Sequence record: DRR723986_5754
DNA: 64,000 bases
Direction: 5' to 3' (one strand)
Made by a program: the position numbers and the translations under genes. Shown piece after piece: positions 1-16,224 of the stretch (its first letter is position 1; each line of letters starts with the position of its first letter). The notes beneath the pieces were generated by a model. It was not told the DNA's origin, made no database searches, and was given only the letters and a program-made list of their open reading frames with translations.

Positions 1-526
1 ATGCGCAAGCAAGGCCGAATATTGCAGCGGGAATTGCAAACCCGCCAATAACAACACCCAATAGCATAGATGCCGAAAACCAAGTTAGGGCCCAATATAG
101 GCCCCAGCGCCCCGGGACTCTGCCAGATGGGATAGGGCGATGAGGTTCATTGATCGCGTCTACATTGCGGTCAAACCAATCATTAATAATTTGACTTGCC
201 CCGCAAACAGCCGGGCCGGCTAGAATTAGGCCCAAAAGGGCCGATATGCCCCTTGCTTCAATAATTTCATTAAAACTTAAACCACTGGCCACTAAACCAC
301 AAAAATAAGCCCAAACTGGCGGAAACCATGTGATGGGCTTGGTCAATTCAACAAGAGCGGATAATTCCGGGAAGCGGCGCGCGTTTTTGGCGCCTTGCTT
401 GGCCTTATTTGGGGTTGATTCTTTTGACTGTTTGTTCTTTTTCGAGGGATTATCAGCATGTTTATCAGGCCAAGCACCCCAGTGCTTATCCTGACTCTTA
501 TCCTGTGCTGACACTACGTTGCCCAT
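1..526 (-). CDS. bchG: Bacteriochlorophyll synthase, 5' part (runs off the window edge; absent from the ORF track)
   Basis: Manual minus-strand translation from ATG 526 is open: ...LVELTKPITWFPPVWAYFCGLVASG...INDWFDRNVDAINEPHRPIPSGRVP. These are BchG/ChlG UbiA-family motifs. It lies downstream of ppsR as usual. Start uncertain (GTG 514 possible). Confidence 0.92.
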   Translation of the reverse strand, partial: MGNVVSAQDKSQDKHWGAWPDKHADNPSKKNKQSKESTPNKAKQGAKNARRFPELSALVELTKPITWFPPVWAYFCGLVASGLSFNEIIEARGISALLGLILAGPAVCGASQIINDWFDRNVDAINEPHRPIPSGRVPGRWGLYWALTWFSASMLLGVVIGGFAIPAAIFGLACA

Positions 527-555
527 CAAATTACGATAGGCGTGCGCCTGAAAAG

Positions 556-613
556 TGTCAACAAAAATTGACGCTTTTGTGATAAGTGAAAATAGTGTCT
601 ATTTTAATTTACA
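556..613. promoter_or_regulatory. PpsR/CrtJ operator pair upstream of bchG
   Basis: TGT-N12-ACG at 556-573 and perfect TGT-N12-ACA at 596-613. Confidence 0.75.
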
Positions 614-620
614 GAAAAGC

Positions 621-2087
621 CTAATTGTCTTGCGATTTATCAATGCCAAATCGGCGCATTTTTACATAAAGGCTTTGGCGGCTGAGCCCCAACACTTCTG
701 CAGCTGAAGCACGATTGCCCTGAGTTGCCGATAAGGCTGCTTCTAAGCACATTTGTTCAATTACATCTGTAGTTTCACGAACAATATCTTTCAGTGGCAT
801 TTGACCAATCAAATCAGAGATATTGTCAAAGTTAGAATCGCCTGAAAAAACGGTTTTTGGCTGGGGAGTGAGGGCACTGGCCCGCGGACCCACATCGCGT
901 AGCAGAAGGCCGACCCTGGTTTCTGTATCTCGCACCATGCGCGTTACAGAAACCTCCACCTGTCGCCGCGTACCATATTCACCCATAATTTCAGCAAGAA
1001 TAAGCCTTAAGCCATTTGAAAGGCTAAGTGTTTTGTTGAGTGCAGCAAAGGTTAAGCCCCCAAAATTTAGCCAACGATCCACTGTTGAATTTTGCATAGC
1101 CTCACGCGAGGTAAGCTCAGTCATTTCAAAAAAGCTCTGGTTTGCTTTTAAAATTACGCCGTTTCCGTCCGTCACTACCAGTGCGTCTGGCAGTCGGTCG
1201 AGCAAACGCTCCAACATCTGGTCATTATCATTTGTTGTCAGCCGATCTTCAGCTTGGTTACTACCAATTCGCAGGATGATATTGCCGGCCTGATCTCGGC
1301 CTTCAAAGCTTAAAAGTAACGTGTCGCTTGTATGTTCTAAACGAATTGACTTTTTGCCGCTTAAGCGACCAGAAAGTATTTCTCTTAGCAAAGATTTAAT
1401 TTCATTGTTTTGGTCGATTTCCGTAAGACCGCCGAAGTCCGTTGGGAAAACTTTGCCAACTAAGTCTCGGTCAGCCCCGCCACCCAGCGGTGCCAGTGTA
1501 GCGCGCGCTGCTTTATTCGCATCAACAATAGCTAAATCAGCAGCGTCGATAACTAATAATGCATGCATGGCCAATTGAAACAGTTGCCGGTAACGCGATT
1601 CGGTTTGGCGAAACCTATCATAGTCGTGCTCTAGCGCTTGTTGCGCTCTGACCAAATGACTTTGAAGAGTAGACATTTGGCTGAGGTCTCGGCCTAACAG
1701 TAAGACTTGCCCATCTTGCCCGATTGAAAGCGCCTGGTATTCAAAGGCGGCACTTCTTTGATTTTCAATTGTTGACCCTTTGACGGCGTGATTGAGCTGT
1801 CTTTTTTTACGCTCTGCGCCCGGCCGTTTGTTTGCCACATCCATTCGTGCTTCTGAGCATAAAGACCGAGATTTTTCTACGCTTTCAAGGGTGACAACAG
1901 TTTCAAGGTTTTTCCCCGTCCAGTCAGTGCAATCTAACTCATCTGCTCCGTATACGGATTGACTTGCCCACTCAATTTCCCCGCCCGAATTGACCAAAAT
2001 TGCGATATCAGCAATCGCTTCTATTAATTGAGACGTCTCGGGAGAGAAAACGTCCGGAAATGATTCCGTTAGAACTGAACTAGACAC
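621..2087 (-). CDS. ppsR: Photosynthesis gene repressor PpsR/CrtJ
   Basis: PAS domains and a C-terminal Fis-type HTH (PLKDIVRETTDVIEQMCLEAAL...NRASAAEVLGLSRQSLYVKMRRFG), with the HTH-proximal Cys retained. Confidence 0.95.
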   Translation of the reverse strand: MSSSVLTESFPDVFSPETSQLIEAIADIAILVNSGGEIEWASQSVYGADELDCTDWTGKNLETVVTLESVEKSRSLCSEARMDVANKRPGAERKKRQLNHAVKGSTIENQRSAAFEYQALSIGQDGQVLLLGRDLSQMSTLQSHLVRAQQALEHDYDRFRQTESRYRQLFQLAMHALLVIDAADLAIVDANKAARATLAPLGGGADRDLVGKVFPTDFGGLTEIDQNNEIKSLLREILSGRLSGKKSIRLEHTSDTLLLSFEGRDQAGNIILRIGSNQAEDRLTTNDNDQMLERLLDRLPDALVVTDGNGVILKANQSFFEMTELTSREAMQNSTVDRWLNFGGLTFAALNKTLSLSNGLRLILAEIMGEYGTRRQVEVSVTRMVRDTETRVGLLLRDVGPRASALTPQPKTVFSGDSNFDNISDLIGQMPLKDIVRETTDVIEQMCLEAALSATQGNRASAAEVLGLSRQSLYVKMRRFGIDKSQDN

Positions 2088-2159
2088 GACAAATACACCA
2101 TTCCTGCTTTGATGTTAAACATGACTCTTATTTAATACCCAATATGAAAGGTTGAAAGG

Positions 2160-3032
2160 TCATGGTGGGGATAACAATTGTTTTTGATATAAGTCTTCCA
2201 AGTATGTCAACGCAGACGGTCCGTCTTGAAAAGCGGCGTCGAATCCAAGAAATTCCAAAGGCTCTTTGACATCGGCAAGCCCGGGGCCGCCGGCAATAAT
2301 TTTGAGATCTGTATTGCTCGCCTTTTTGCGCAGGGTTTTAATACGTGTGCGCCATTTAGGAATATCAAGCTCTCGGTCAATGGAAAGACCAATGAAAGCT
2401 AGTGGCCTGGAAGCAATAATATTTTCAGCTTCATCATCAGCTTGTACAATTACGTGCTGCGTGGACCAGCCGTTCATTCTTAATAGTTCGCAAAACATTT
2501 GCGCACCAAAACGGTGGTCACCATCATGATTTGATAGAATCAGCGCGTTTTTCATCGGTAGTGACGAAAAGTTTGAAACATCCGTGCAGCAAATTCCGCG
2601 CATCAGACCGGTCAAGCACCCTAACGCCATAGTGACATCTGTGAAAGACAGGTCATCACTTAGCCATAGGTCGCCAAATATCACCGCGGCGGGTGATAGA
2701 ATTTCAGTTAATATTTTTGCTCGGTCCATTCCACGAAGATGAACTTCATTGATTAAATTCTCTGCGTCGTCAAACTCATTGGCGGTGATAGCCTGCACAA
2801 GGGTATTAGTAATTTGGTTTAAACGACTTTGCGTAAACTCGGTGTCGTTTTCGACGGACATACGATGCGATGCAGTCGCGGATGAATCTTTACCAACGTT
2901 TAACTGTGGCAGCACATCTCGCAAAATCATGTTTTTTGATATTTTTGTTGAGGATTCGGAGTCACTTTTTTGCACTTCCTCTGATGAGGTGCTTTCTTCC
3001 AATGAAGGCTTCAAATGCCGCGCTCCGTCCAA
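2160..3032 (-). CDS. ppaA: Cobalamin-binding regulator PpaA/AerR
   Basis: B12-binding-domain motifs LWLSDDLSFTDVT and DHRFG (His ligand kept). Directly upstream of ppsR and divergent from bchF. GAGGA RBS before the TTG start. Confidence 0.85.
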   Translation of the reverse strand: MDGARHLKPSLEESTSSEEVQKSDSESSTKISKNMILRDVLPQLNVGKDSSATASHRMSVENDTEFTQSRLNQITNTLVQAITANEFDDAENLINEVHLRGMDRAKILTEILSPAAVIFGDLWLSDDLSFTDVTMALGCLTGLMRGICCTDVSNFSSLPMKNALILSNHDGDHRFGAQMFCELLRMNGWSTQHVIVQADDEAENIIASRPLAFIGLSIDRELDIPKWRTRIKTLRKKASNTDLKIIAGGPGLADVKEPLEFLGFDAAFQDGPSALTYLEDLYQKQLLSPP

Positions 3033-3481
3033 TGCTTTATCCTCAGTGCCTGCGATCTGTATAGGTCTTTAAATGACGAAAGCATTAATGTGACAATGAA
3101 CCTGGGTATTAAAGTAAGTCTAGGCATACACATCTATGCTAAATAATGCCGCACGGAACACTGATTGGCCGGTTTTCCTTTGTAAACGCAATTGCAGTTG
3201 TTGGCTTACTGCCAACACTCTGCATCAATATATTAAGGCGGGTATGAATTCGTAAGTTAAGACCATAATCATAAAAGCTATCACGGCATCATTTTGGTCA
3301 ACATATCCCGTCAGGCTGACAGTTTTACCTGTCTAATTTACTGACACATGAGCTTAACCTCAACTTTATGAGGATAACCTACAATAGCTAAAAAAGCAAT
3401 TTCCCGAAAAAGACACTGGATAAACGTCTCTCTAGCGAAACTATTTCCCTAAAAACCGACATCACCTGTTTTTTCAGTAAA

Positions 3482-3515
3482 TGTCAATAAATATTGATGT
3501 CAATTTAAGTTGACA
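3482..3515. promoter_or_regulatory. PpsR operator(s) at the bchF promoter
   Basis: TGTCAA-tttaag-TTGACA at 3498-3515 (perfect TGT-N12-ACA), overlapping an imperfect TGT-N12-ATG at 3482-3499. Confidence 0.8.
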
Positions 3516-3583
3516 CATGCTTTTGATAATGCATAATTTTCATATGTGTAAAAGAGTTTGTTGCGAGGTCAGTTTTAATCGAA

Positions 3584-4216
3584 GTGGTGGGGCAAGCCTT
3601 AATGGTAATGCGAGAACAGGCGCTAGAGCACAAAAAAAGGTTTGCGCATGACAACCCTGATGCCCATGAAGCTAGCAAATCAGCCACACAGGGCCTTTAT
3701 ACACCAGCGCAGCGTGCAATACGCGACTCTACTATTTGGACTCCTATACAGGGCGTTTTGGCAATCGTTCAATTTTTCGTCTTTTTCATAAGTCTCATTC
3801 TTGTTGCCCGTTTTTTAATCTTTGATTCGGGTTTTATGGCTGCAAGCATATCTGTTTGTATCAAAACGGCTGTTTTGCTTACCATTATGATTACCGGCGC
3901 CATGTGGGAAAAAACGGTTTTCGGGCAATATCTATTTGCTCCGCAGTTTTTCTGGGAAGATGTCATTTCCTTTCTCGTGATCGCTTTACACCTTTTATAT
4001 GTTGCGGCATTCATGTTTGACCTGACATCAGCAGCATTGCAGATGTGGATCGCCTTGGCGGCATACAGTGCTTATGTCATTAATGCGGGCCAGTTTCTGT
4101 GGAAATTACGACAGGCGCGCCTGCAGGGCCAATCTCTCGCAAGTGAAAGTGAAGCTAAAGGCGACATTGCTTCGCCGGCGCAGTCTGGCTTTCAGCATCA
4201 GGTGGCCGGATCATGA
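3584..4216 (+). CDS. bchF: 2-vinyl bacteriochlorophyllide hydratase
   Basis: LYTPAQRAIRDSTIWTPIQGVLA, WEKTVFGQYLFAPQFFWED, YVINAGQFLWKLRQARL. Start may be ATG 3602 or 3608. Confidence 0.95.
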   Translation: MVGQALMVMREQALEHKKRFAHDNPDAHEASKSATQGLYTPAQRAIRDSTIWTPIQGVLAIVQFFVFFISLILVARFLIFDSGFMAASISVCIKTAVLLTIMITGAMWEKTVFGQYLFAPQFFWEDVISFLVIALHLLYVAAFMFDLTSAALQMWIALAAYSAYVINAGQFLWKLRQARLQGQSLASESEAKGDIASPAQSGFQHQVAGS

Positions 4217-5532
4217 GCGCACCCCTAGATACTGGTGTTATCCCAGCAGCCTCTTCAATTAGTGCCGTCAACGGTTGCGATAGCGATCTGCCTATGCCGA
4301 AGATTGAGCGGGAAGAAGGACAGCGCGATGTTTTTTGCGGCTTAACCAGCATTGTCTGGCTGCACCGGAAAATACCGGATGCTTTCTTTTTGGTTATTGG
4401 CTCGCGCACCTGTGCTCATCTTTTGCAGTCAGCAGCTGGCGTGATGATTTTTGCTGAACCCCGGTTCGCGACAGCTATTTTGGGCGAGCGCGACCTAGCG
4501 GGCATGGCGGACGCTCACGAAGAGATAGACCGCGTTGTTGGCGAACTTCTCGATCGGCGGCCTAACATCAAAATGTTATTTTTAGTGGGTTCTTGTCCGT
4601 CTGAAGTGATCAAGCTTGATCTAACCACAGCTGCCAAACGTTTGAATAATGAACATGAAAATGTTCGGGTGATGAGCTTTTCTGGCAGCGGCATTGAGAC
4701 TACCTTCACAGAAGGCGAAGACGCCTGTCTTAAAACGCTGGTGGAAAATTGCCCGACCGCTGCAAATGACGCAGAGCCTAATCTGCTAGTGGTTGGTTGC
4801 TTGGCAGATATTATTGAAGATCAGATGCTGCGAACTTTTAAAGCGTGCGGCATTGACCGAGTAGATTTTCTGCCATCAAAATCAAACCCAAATTTACCGG
4901 CCATCGGACCCAACACAAAAGTGTTGTTAGCGCAGCCATACTTGGGTGAAACACTCACGGCGCTTTCTGTTTGTGGTGCGCAGCATGTGCCGAGCGTATT
5001 CCCTTTAGGGGCAGAGGGTACGCGCTCCTGGTTTCTTGCAGGGCTCGAAGCTATGGGCCAGCAAAATGAAATTAGCCACCCAGTTCTTCAATCTGCCTAT
5101 GAGCGTGCTCAATATTCGTTACAAACAATGCGCGCCGAGCTTGAAGGCAAAAGCATATTCTTCTTTCCTGACTCGCAGCTTGAAATACCACTGGCCCGTT
5201 TCTTGTCGCAGGAATTGGGCATGAAATTAATTGAGGTCAGCGCGCCGTATATTCACGGCTCGATTATGCAATCAGAATTAAGTTTGTTGCCCAGTGATAC
5301 GCATGTGCGTGAAGGGCAAGATCTGGAGGCGCAAGCTGACCGGTGTTTTGCCCAGCAGCCAGATATTACAGTTTGTGGTTTGGGGCTTGCGAACCCGTTG
5401 GAGGCGCAGGGGCTGACAACCAAATGGTCTATCGAACTTGTCTTCACGCCAATTCAGGGTTTTGAGCAAGCCTGTGATTTGGCCAATTTATTTGTGCGAC
5501 CACTGGATCGTCGCATGCGGTTGGCGGTGTAA
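4213..5532 (+). CDS. bchN: Dark-operative protochlorophyllide reductase subunit N
   Basis: [39 protein letters not shown] overlap with bchF. Confidence 0.97.
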   Translation: MSAPLDTGVIPAASSISAVNGCDSDLPMPKIEREEGQRDVFCGLTSIVWLHRKIPDAFFLVIGSRTCAHLLQSAAGVMIFAEPRFATAILGERDLAGMADAHEEIDRVVGELLDRRPNIKMLFLVGSCPSEVIKLDLTTAAKRLNNEHENVRVMSFSGSGIETTFTEGEDACLKTLVENCPTAANDAEPNLLVVGCLADIIEDQMLRTFKACGIDRVDFLPSKSNPNLPAIGPNTKVLLAQPYLGETLTALSVCGAQHVPSVFPLGAEGTRSWFLAGLEAMGQQNEISHPVLQSAYERAQYSLQTMRAELEGKSIFFFPDSQLEIPLARFLSQELGMKLIEVSAPYIHGSIMQSELSLLPSDTHVREGQDLEAQADRCFAQQPDITVCGLGLANPLEAQGLTTKWSIELVFTPIQGFEQACDLANLFVRPLDRRMRLAV

Positions 5533-7073
5533 TATGGAATTAACCCTCTGGACATATGAAGGGCCATCGCATGTGGGCGCAATGCGTATAGCCGCCTCCA
5601 TGGAAGATGTGCACCTTGTGCTGCATGCACCGCAGGGTGATGCTTATGCCAATCTGCTTTTCACTATGATCCAGCGAGACAAGCAGCGTCCGCCTGTCAC
5701 TTTCACAACATTTCAGGCGAAACACCTTGGCGGTGATACTGCAGAGCTGTTTCAGTCGAGAGTTAAAAAAGCGGCAAACCTTCATTCGCCGTCACTATTG
5801 CTGGTTGGTGCAAGCTGCACTGCTGAGTTACTGCAGGATGATACAGCAGGATTTGGTAAACGTTTGGGCATTGATATGCCGCTTATTCCGCTAGATTTGC
5901 CTGCTTATTCCAAACGTGAAAACTGGGCCGCAGGGGAAACCTTCTATCAGATTGTTCGCCATTTAGCACCGCGTAACAAGGAAGAGGTAACCCGCACAGA
6001 GCGCGTTCGGCCTTCCTGCAATATTCTTGGCCCGACGTCCTTGGGCTTTAGAAATCGGGACGATTTGCAAGAGGTTCGCCGGTTGCTTGATCTTATTGGT
6101 GTGGATGTAAATGTTGTTGCGCCTTTAAGCGCCGCTCCAGCTGATATTGCCCGATTAGGCGACGCGGATTGTAACGTTGTCTTGTATCCCGAAATTGCGC
6201 TGCCTGCTGCCCGCATGCTGGAGCGAAATTTGGGGCAACCCTACACAAAAACTGTGCCTTTGGGTGTTGGTGCCACATTGGATTTTGTTAACGAGCTTTG
6301 TCAAATTCTGGAAATTGAAGTGCCGGCGGACATTGGTATCGAAAGCCGTTTGCCTTGGTACAGCCGTTCAGTTGATTCCGGTTATTTGACAGGTAAGCGC
6401 ATCTTTGTTTTTGCAGACGGTATGCATGCGCTTGCTGCCGCCCGTATTGCCAAAGAAGAAATGGGTTTTGATGTTGTTGGCCTTGGCACTTATGAGCGTG
6501 GTTTTGCAAAAGATGTGCGTGCAAAAGCAGCTGAACTTGGCATTGAGGCATTGATTACAGACCAGTATCTTGATGTTGAAGCCGCGATAGCAGAGGCGGC
6601 TCCTGATCTTATTCTTGGCACCCAAATGGAGCGCCATATTGGCAAGAGACTTGGAATTGGTTGTGCAGTTATTTCTGCCCCGGTTCATGTTCAGGATTTC
6701 CCTGCGCGTTACAGCCCGCATATGGGAATCGAAGGAGCCAACGTTCTTTTCGATACGTTCGTGCACCCCTTAATGATGGGCCTTGAGGAGCATCTTTTGG
6801 GTATGTTCCGTGAAGACTTTGAATTTCAAGATGTGCCTTCGCATTTAGGCCACCAGCCCACAGCTAATGCGCATGGTGCTGAGCAGGAAGAGGCTAAGCC
6901 TGCAGATATCGTTATTTCCGAAGCGGCATTGAAAGACGGCGAGGTTTCTTGGGCCGATGACGCCAAAGCGGAACTGAACCGCATACCATTTTTTGTTCGT
7001 GGAAAGGCGCGAAAAAATACTGAAAAATATGCAGCTGAGCGGGGCGTTCCGTTGGTGACAATCGATGTTTTAT

Positions 7074-12458
<5,385 letters not shown>

Positions 12459-12462
<4 letters not shown>

Positions 12463-13913
12463 CCTCGAAGATTGAGCAAAAAGAACAGGCTGAGAAACGT
12501 GTGACGGCATTGTGGATGCAGGTAGGTATGCGATATTTGCCATTCGCAGATGCAGCCGAGGGTTCTGTTGGCTGGTCTCGTCTTTTGCGCCTTTCCCTGT
12601 TTCAGGTTTCCGTTGGTCTTGCCTTGGTTTTGCTGAATGCGACCTTGAACCGGGTTATGATTGTTGAGCTTGGCATTTCCAGTAGCCTTGTGTCTCTTAT
12701 GATCGCTATTCCGGTTTTGTTTGCGCCCTTTAGGGTCCTAGTTGGTCACCGGTCAGATCACCACCGGTCTTTCTTAGGGTGGCGAAGACTTCCCTATATG
12801 TGGTTCGGCACCATGCTGCAATATGGTGGGTTGGCAATTATGCCGTTCGCGCTTCTCATTTTAACGGGTGATGCCGATGCGCCTATATGGATGGGGCAAG
12901 CGAGCGCTGCACTGGCATTTCTAATGGTTGGTGCGGGCTTGCATACAACACAAACAAGCGGGCTTGCCCTAGCATCAGATTTATGCGCTGAGGATAAACG
13001 CCCCCGTATTATCGCTTTTCTTTATGTAATTTTATTGTTCGGTATGGGGATTGCGGCGCTTACGCTTGGTTTCTTCTTGCAGGACTTCAGCGAGGTTGGG
13101 CTGATTAAGGTTATCCAGGGCTGTGCTGTCGCAACAATGCTAATTAACATGGTGGCGCTTTGGAAACAGGAGGGCCGCGGTTCAAAAGTTCAGAAGCCTG
13201 GAGTTCCGCGCCCAAGCCTTGCCCATTCTCTGCGCAAGTTTGCCGGAGCAGGTCGGTCACCAAGGTTGATGGTAACAGTATGTTTTGGTTCTGCTGCTTT
13301 CGCAATGCAGGAAGTGTTGCTTGAGCCCTATGGCGGCGAAGTACTAGGGCTATCAGTGGCCAGCACAACAATTTTGACAGCTTTGTTGTCCGCTGGAACG
13401 ATCGGTGGCTTTCTATTAGCAAGCCGTTTCCTGACGCAGGGTTTGAGTGCGTGCTTGGTTGCGGTGTTTGGCGCGATGGTTGGCTTGCTTGCTTTTCCAA
13501 CGGTTATTCTTTCTCAGGCTGTGTCCTCGATCTTGGTTTTCCAAGTTGGCAGCACACTATTAGGTATTGGAACAGGACTGTTTCTTATTGGCACCCTCAC
13601 AGCCGCCATGGATTTGGCGCGTGATGGAGAAAGTGGCTTGGCAATGGGAAGCTGGGGCGCGGTTTATGCAACGGCCACAGGGTGTGGCATTGCCCTTGGC
13701 GGCGTTTTGAGAGACTGGATTAGTGCCGCGGCGTTAAACGGCCAGCTAGGCAATACACTGGCGGATACGTCTACAGGCTATGTTGCAGTTTATAGCTTGG
13801 AAATAATTTTACTGTTTTTGACACTTGTCGCGATTGGGCCTTTGGTTCGTCACGGTCGGATACCGCGCAGTGTTTCTACTAATGCAATCGGATTGGCTGA
13901 ATATCCCGGTTGA
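12459..13913 (+). CDS. lhaA: LH1 assembly protein LhaA (PucC/BCD MFS family)
   Basis: LPFADAA, LLRLSLFQVSVG, TLNRVMIVEL, LLEPYGGEVLGL. Located between bchM and puhA. Confidence 0.93.
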
Positions 13914-13930
13914 GACCAAAGGAGGGTCAA

Positions 13931-14737
13931 ATGGAAGTTGGTGCAATTACAGAGTATATAGATGTTGCTCAGATGCTGCTTTATGCGTTCTGGATTTTCT
14001 TTTTTGGGTTGATTTATTACCTACAGCGCGAAACAGCGCGTGAGGGATATCCGCTGGAAAGTGATCGCGGCAGACCAGAGAAGCACCGTTTGTTTATGGC
14101 GCCTGAGCCCAAACTGTTTCTGCTGAAGCATGGTGATGAAATTAAAACCGTTTCTTCCAATCAAACAGACAAGCGCGATATTAAGCTAAAGCAAATGTTT
14201 CGTGCTGAGGGTTCGCCTTTTGAACCGACCGGCGACCCGATGGTAGATCAGGTTGGCCCTGCTAGTTACACAGAACGCGCGGACCACCCAGATTATGATT
14301 TGCACGGTGAGCCTAAATTGCGCCCGATGCGCGTTGCAACAGACTTTTACCCGGCAGAAATTGACGACGACCCGCGGGGTATGACGGTGTATGCTGCGGA
14401 TGACAAACCTGCAGGCACTGTTAGTGATATTTGGGTTGATACCGGAGAATATATTGGCCGGTACCTTGAGATTGACCTTGGCGAGCAGGGCAAGCGCCTT
14501 GTGCCTTTCACAGCGTTCAAAATTACCGGAACAAAAGGTTGGTTTGCACTTTTGAGCGGCATCGAGCCCAAGAGGCAAGGTGTGTTCGTAGAAAGCATAA
14601 ATGCGGACCAGTTTGCGGGCATTCCGACGACCGCGCATCCTGATCAGGTTACCTTGCTCGAGGAAGATAAGATTATGGGTTATGTTGGCGGTGGTCGTCT
14701 TTATGCAAATGAAGCGCGGCAGGAGCCTTTGATATGA
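13931..14737 (+). CDS. puhA: Reaction centre H subunit
   Basis: GGAGG RBS then ATG 13931. IDVAQMLLYAFWIFFFGLIYYLQRE..REGYPL, PTGDPMVDQVGPAS, VTLLEEDKIMGYVGGG. Confidence 0.96.
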   Translation: MEVGAITEYIDVAQMLLYAFWIFFFGLIYYLQRETAREGYPLESDRGRPEKHRLFMAPEPKLFLLKHGDEIKTVSSNQTDKRDIKLKQMFRAEGSPFEPTGDPMVDQVGPASYTERADHPDYDLHGEPKLRPMRVATDFYPAEIDDDPRGMTVYAADDKPAGTVSDIWVDTGEYIGRYLEIDLGEQGKRLVPFTAFKITGTKGWFALLSGIEPKRQGVFVESINADQFAGIPTTAHPDQVTLLEEDKIMGYVGGGRLYANEARQEPLI

Positions 14738-15453
14738 CCGCGCGGCCTTTAAATATGCCTCGGGCCGAAAATCACGAACCTTATGAGGATGAGGAAGAGT
14801 TTGAGCCTATGCTTGGCCTTCCAGAAATTCCACCTGAGGATGAACATGTTTTGTGGCAAGGGGAGCCTTCAGTTCGGGCCATAGCGCAAAGGGTGTTCCA
14901 TATTGGCATGATGGTGGTTTACTTTGCTATTCTGTTTGTCTGGTCGGTATATGACCAAACGCAGGCGGGAGCATCTATGAATGCAGCTATTTCAGGGTCT
15001 ACCATTCTGTTGGTTCCACTTGGTTTTGTAACCCTTATGTTGTTTGGTTTGGCGTGGATTATTGCGAAAACCAGCGTTTATACGGTTACAAATAAGCGTG
15101 TGGTTATGCGGGTCGGTGTCGCCCTTTCAAAAGCGGTGAACTTGCCGTTTGCGCAAATTGTTGCCCTTAATGAACGTGTCGGTCGGGATGGCACGGTTGA
15201 TATAGCGCTAACCATGTCTGAAGACGCGCAGCCACACTATATGTTTTTGTGGCCTCATGTGCGTCCAAGAACATGGCGCAAAGTGCAACCTATGCTTCGA
15301 GGAATTGCCTTTAATGACCCGGTTAGGGCCACTCTTTTAGAGGCGATTTCAGCCTATCATGGCCAGGAAGTACCAAGTGCAAACAGTGTGCAGCCTGAGC
15401 ATAAGGCAGCACCAGAACATGATATTATACCCGGCAATGCATCTACTGCATAA
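14734..15453 (+). CDS. puhB: Photosynthetic complex assembly protein PuhB
   Basis: EPMLGLPE..LWQGEP, YTVTNKRVVMRVGVAL, LWPHVRP. Position after puhA. Confidence 0.9.
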   Translation: MTARPLNMPRAENHEPYEDEEEFEPMLGLPEIPPEDEHVLWQGEPSVRAIAQRVFHIGMMVVYFAILFVWSVYDQTQAGASMNAAISGSTILLVPLGFVTLMLFGLAWIIAKTSVYTVTNKRVVMRVGVALSKAVNLPFAQIVALNERVGRDGTVDIALTMSEDAQPHYMFLWPHVRPRTWRKVQPMLRGIAFNDPVRATLLEAISAYHGQEVPSANSVQPEHKAAPEHDIIPGNASTA

Positions 15454-15478
15454 GCTATGATGAGACGAGGAAAAGGCC

Positions 15479-15937
15479 ATGAGTGACCCCTTTCAAAAAC
15501 GCGGCATACCAAACACAGCACTGATCGGTGCTGGTGCATTGGTTGGCTTGGCCCTTTTGTCAACCACAGCCCATGTTCAATGGGGCTTTGGTGCGGGCAT
15601 TCATGGGCCTGGCGGCGTTGTAAATGAACGCGAGTTGGTCTTTGCTGACGATGCTATTGGGGGTATAACAGTATTAGACGGCGAAAGCGGTAATGTTGTT
15701 GAGGTCTACGAGCCAGGTTCAGGTAATTTTGTCCGTAACCTTGTTCGTCTTTTGGCGAAGGAGCGTTTGGCTTCTGGTGGTTCGTCTGAAACACCTTTTC
15801 ATCTTATTCTCCGAGAGGGTGGTTATGTGAGCCTTGTTGACCCGGTAACTGATCGAAGCATTGAACTCAATGCATTCGGTAAAGATAATCTTGCAGCTTT
15901 TGTTGCGCTGCTGCCAATGGAGGAAATTGAAACATGA
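15479..15937 (+). CDS. puhC: Photosynthetic complex assembly protein PuhC
   Basis: N-terminal TM, FVRNLVRLLAKER, LVDPVTDRSIELNAFGKDNLAAF. Confidence 0.88.
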   Translation: MSDPFQKRGIPNTALIGAGALVGLALLSTTAHVQWGFGAGIHGPGGVVNERELVFADDAIGGITVLDGESGNVVEVYEPGSGNFVRNLVRLLAKERLASGGSSETPFHLILREGGYVSLVDPVTDRSIELNAFGKDNLAAFVALLPMEEIET

Positions 15938-16224
15938 AGACCTCGCGCCAGAAAGAAGTAGCAGCCCGGATCGCGGTTGAGCGAACGAACGAGCATTTTT
16001 GTGCCCACACGCTGTACAGCGAAGCAATAGACTTTCAGCCAGGCGATAGGGTTCATGTTGTTGGCCCGGAAATTTTCGCAGATACAGGGGATCGCTTTAT
16101 CGCTAAGCGTAGGGCCAGAATTAAACGAGCAGGTGCCATTAAGAGGGCTTGGGTGCGGTTTATCTCAATCCTCGAAATTACTGGCCTTTATGAGGTCAGC
16201 TTCACTGGGAGTAGAAAGCCATGA
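15934..16224 (+). CDS. Conserved small PGC protein between puhC and acsF
   Basis: [27 protein letters not shown] pattern. ATGA-coupled to both neighbours, in the usual position. Confidence 0.75.
   Translation: MKTSRQKEVAARIAVERTNEHFCAHTLYSEAIDFQPGDRVHVVGPEIFADTGDRFIAKRRARIKRAGAIKRAWVRFISILEITGLYEVSFTGSRKP

Noticed and set aside
3193-3224. Hairpin TGTTGGC-ttact-GCCAACA in the ppaA leader as a cobalamin riboswitch or sRNA
   Set aside because: A single short stem; no B12-box or other conserved RNA motif recognised.
3330-3348. Possible PpsR box upstream of ppaA
   Set aside because: Spacing is N11 or N13, not N12.
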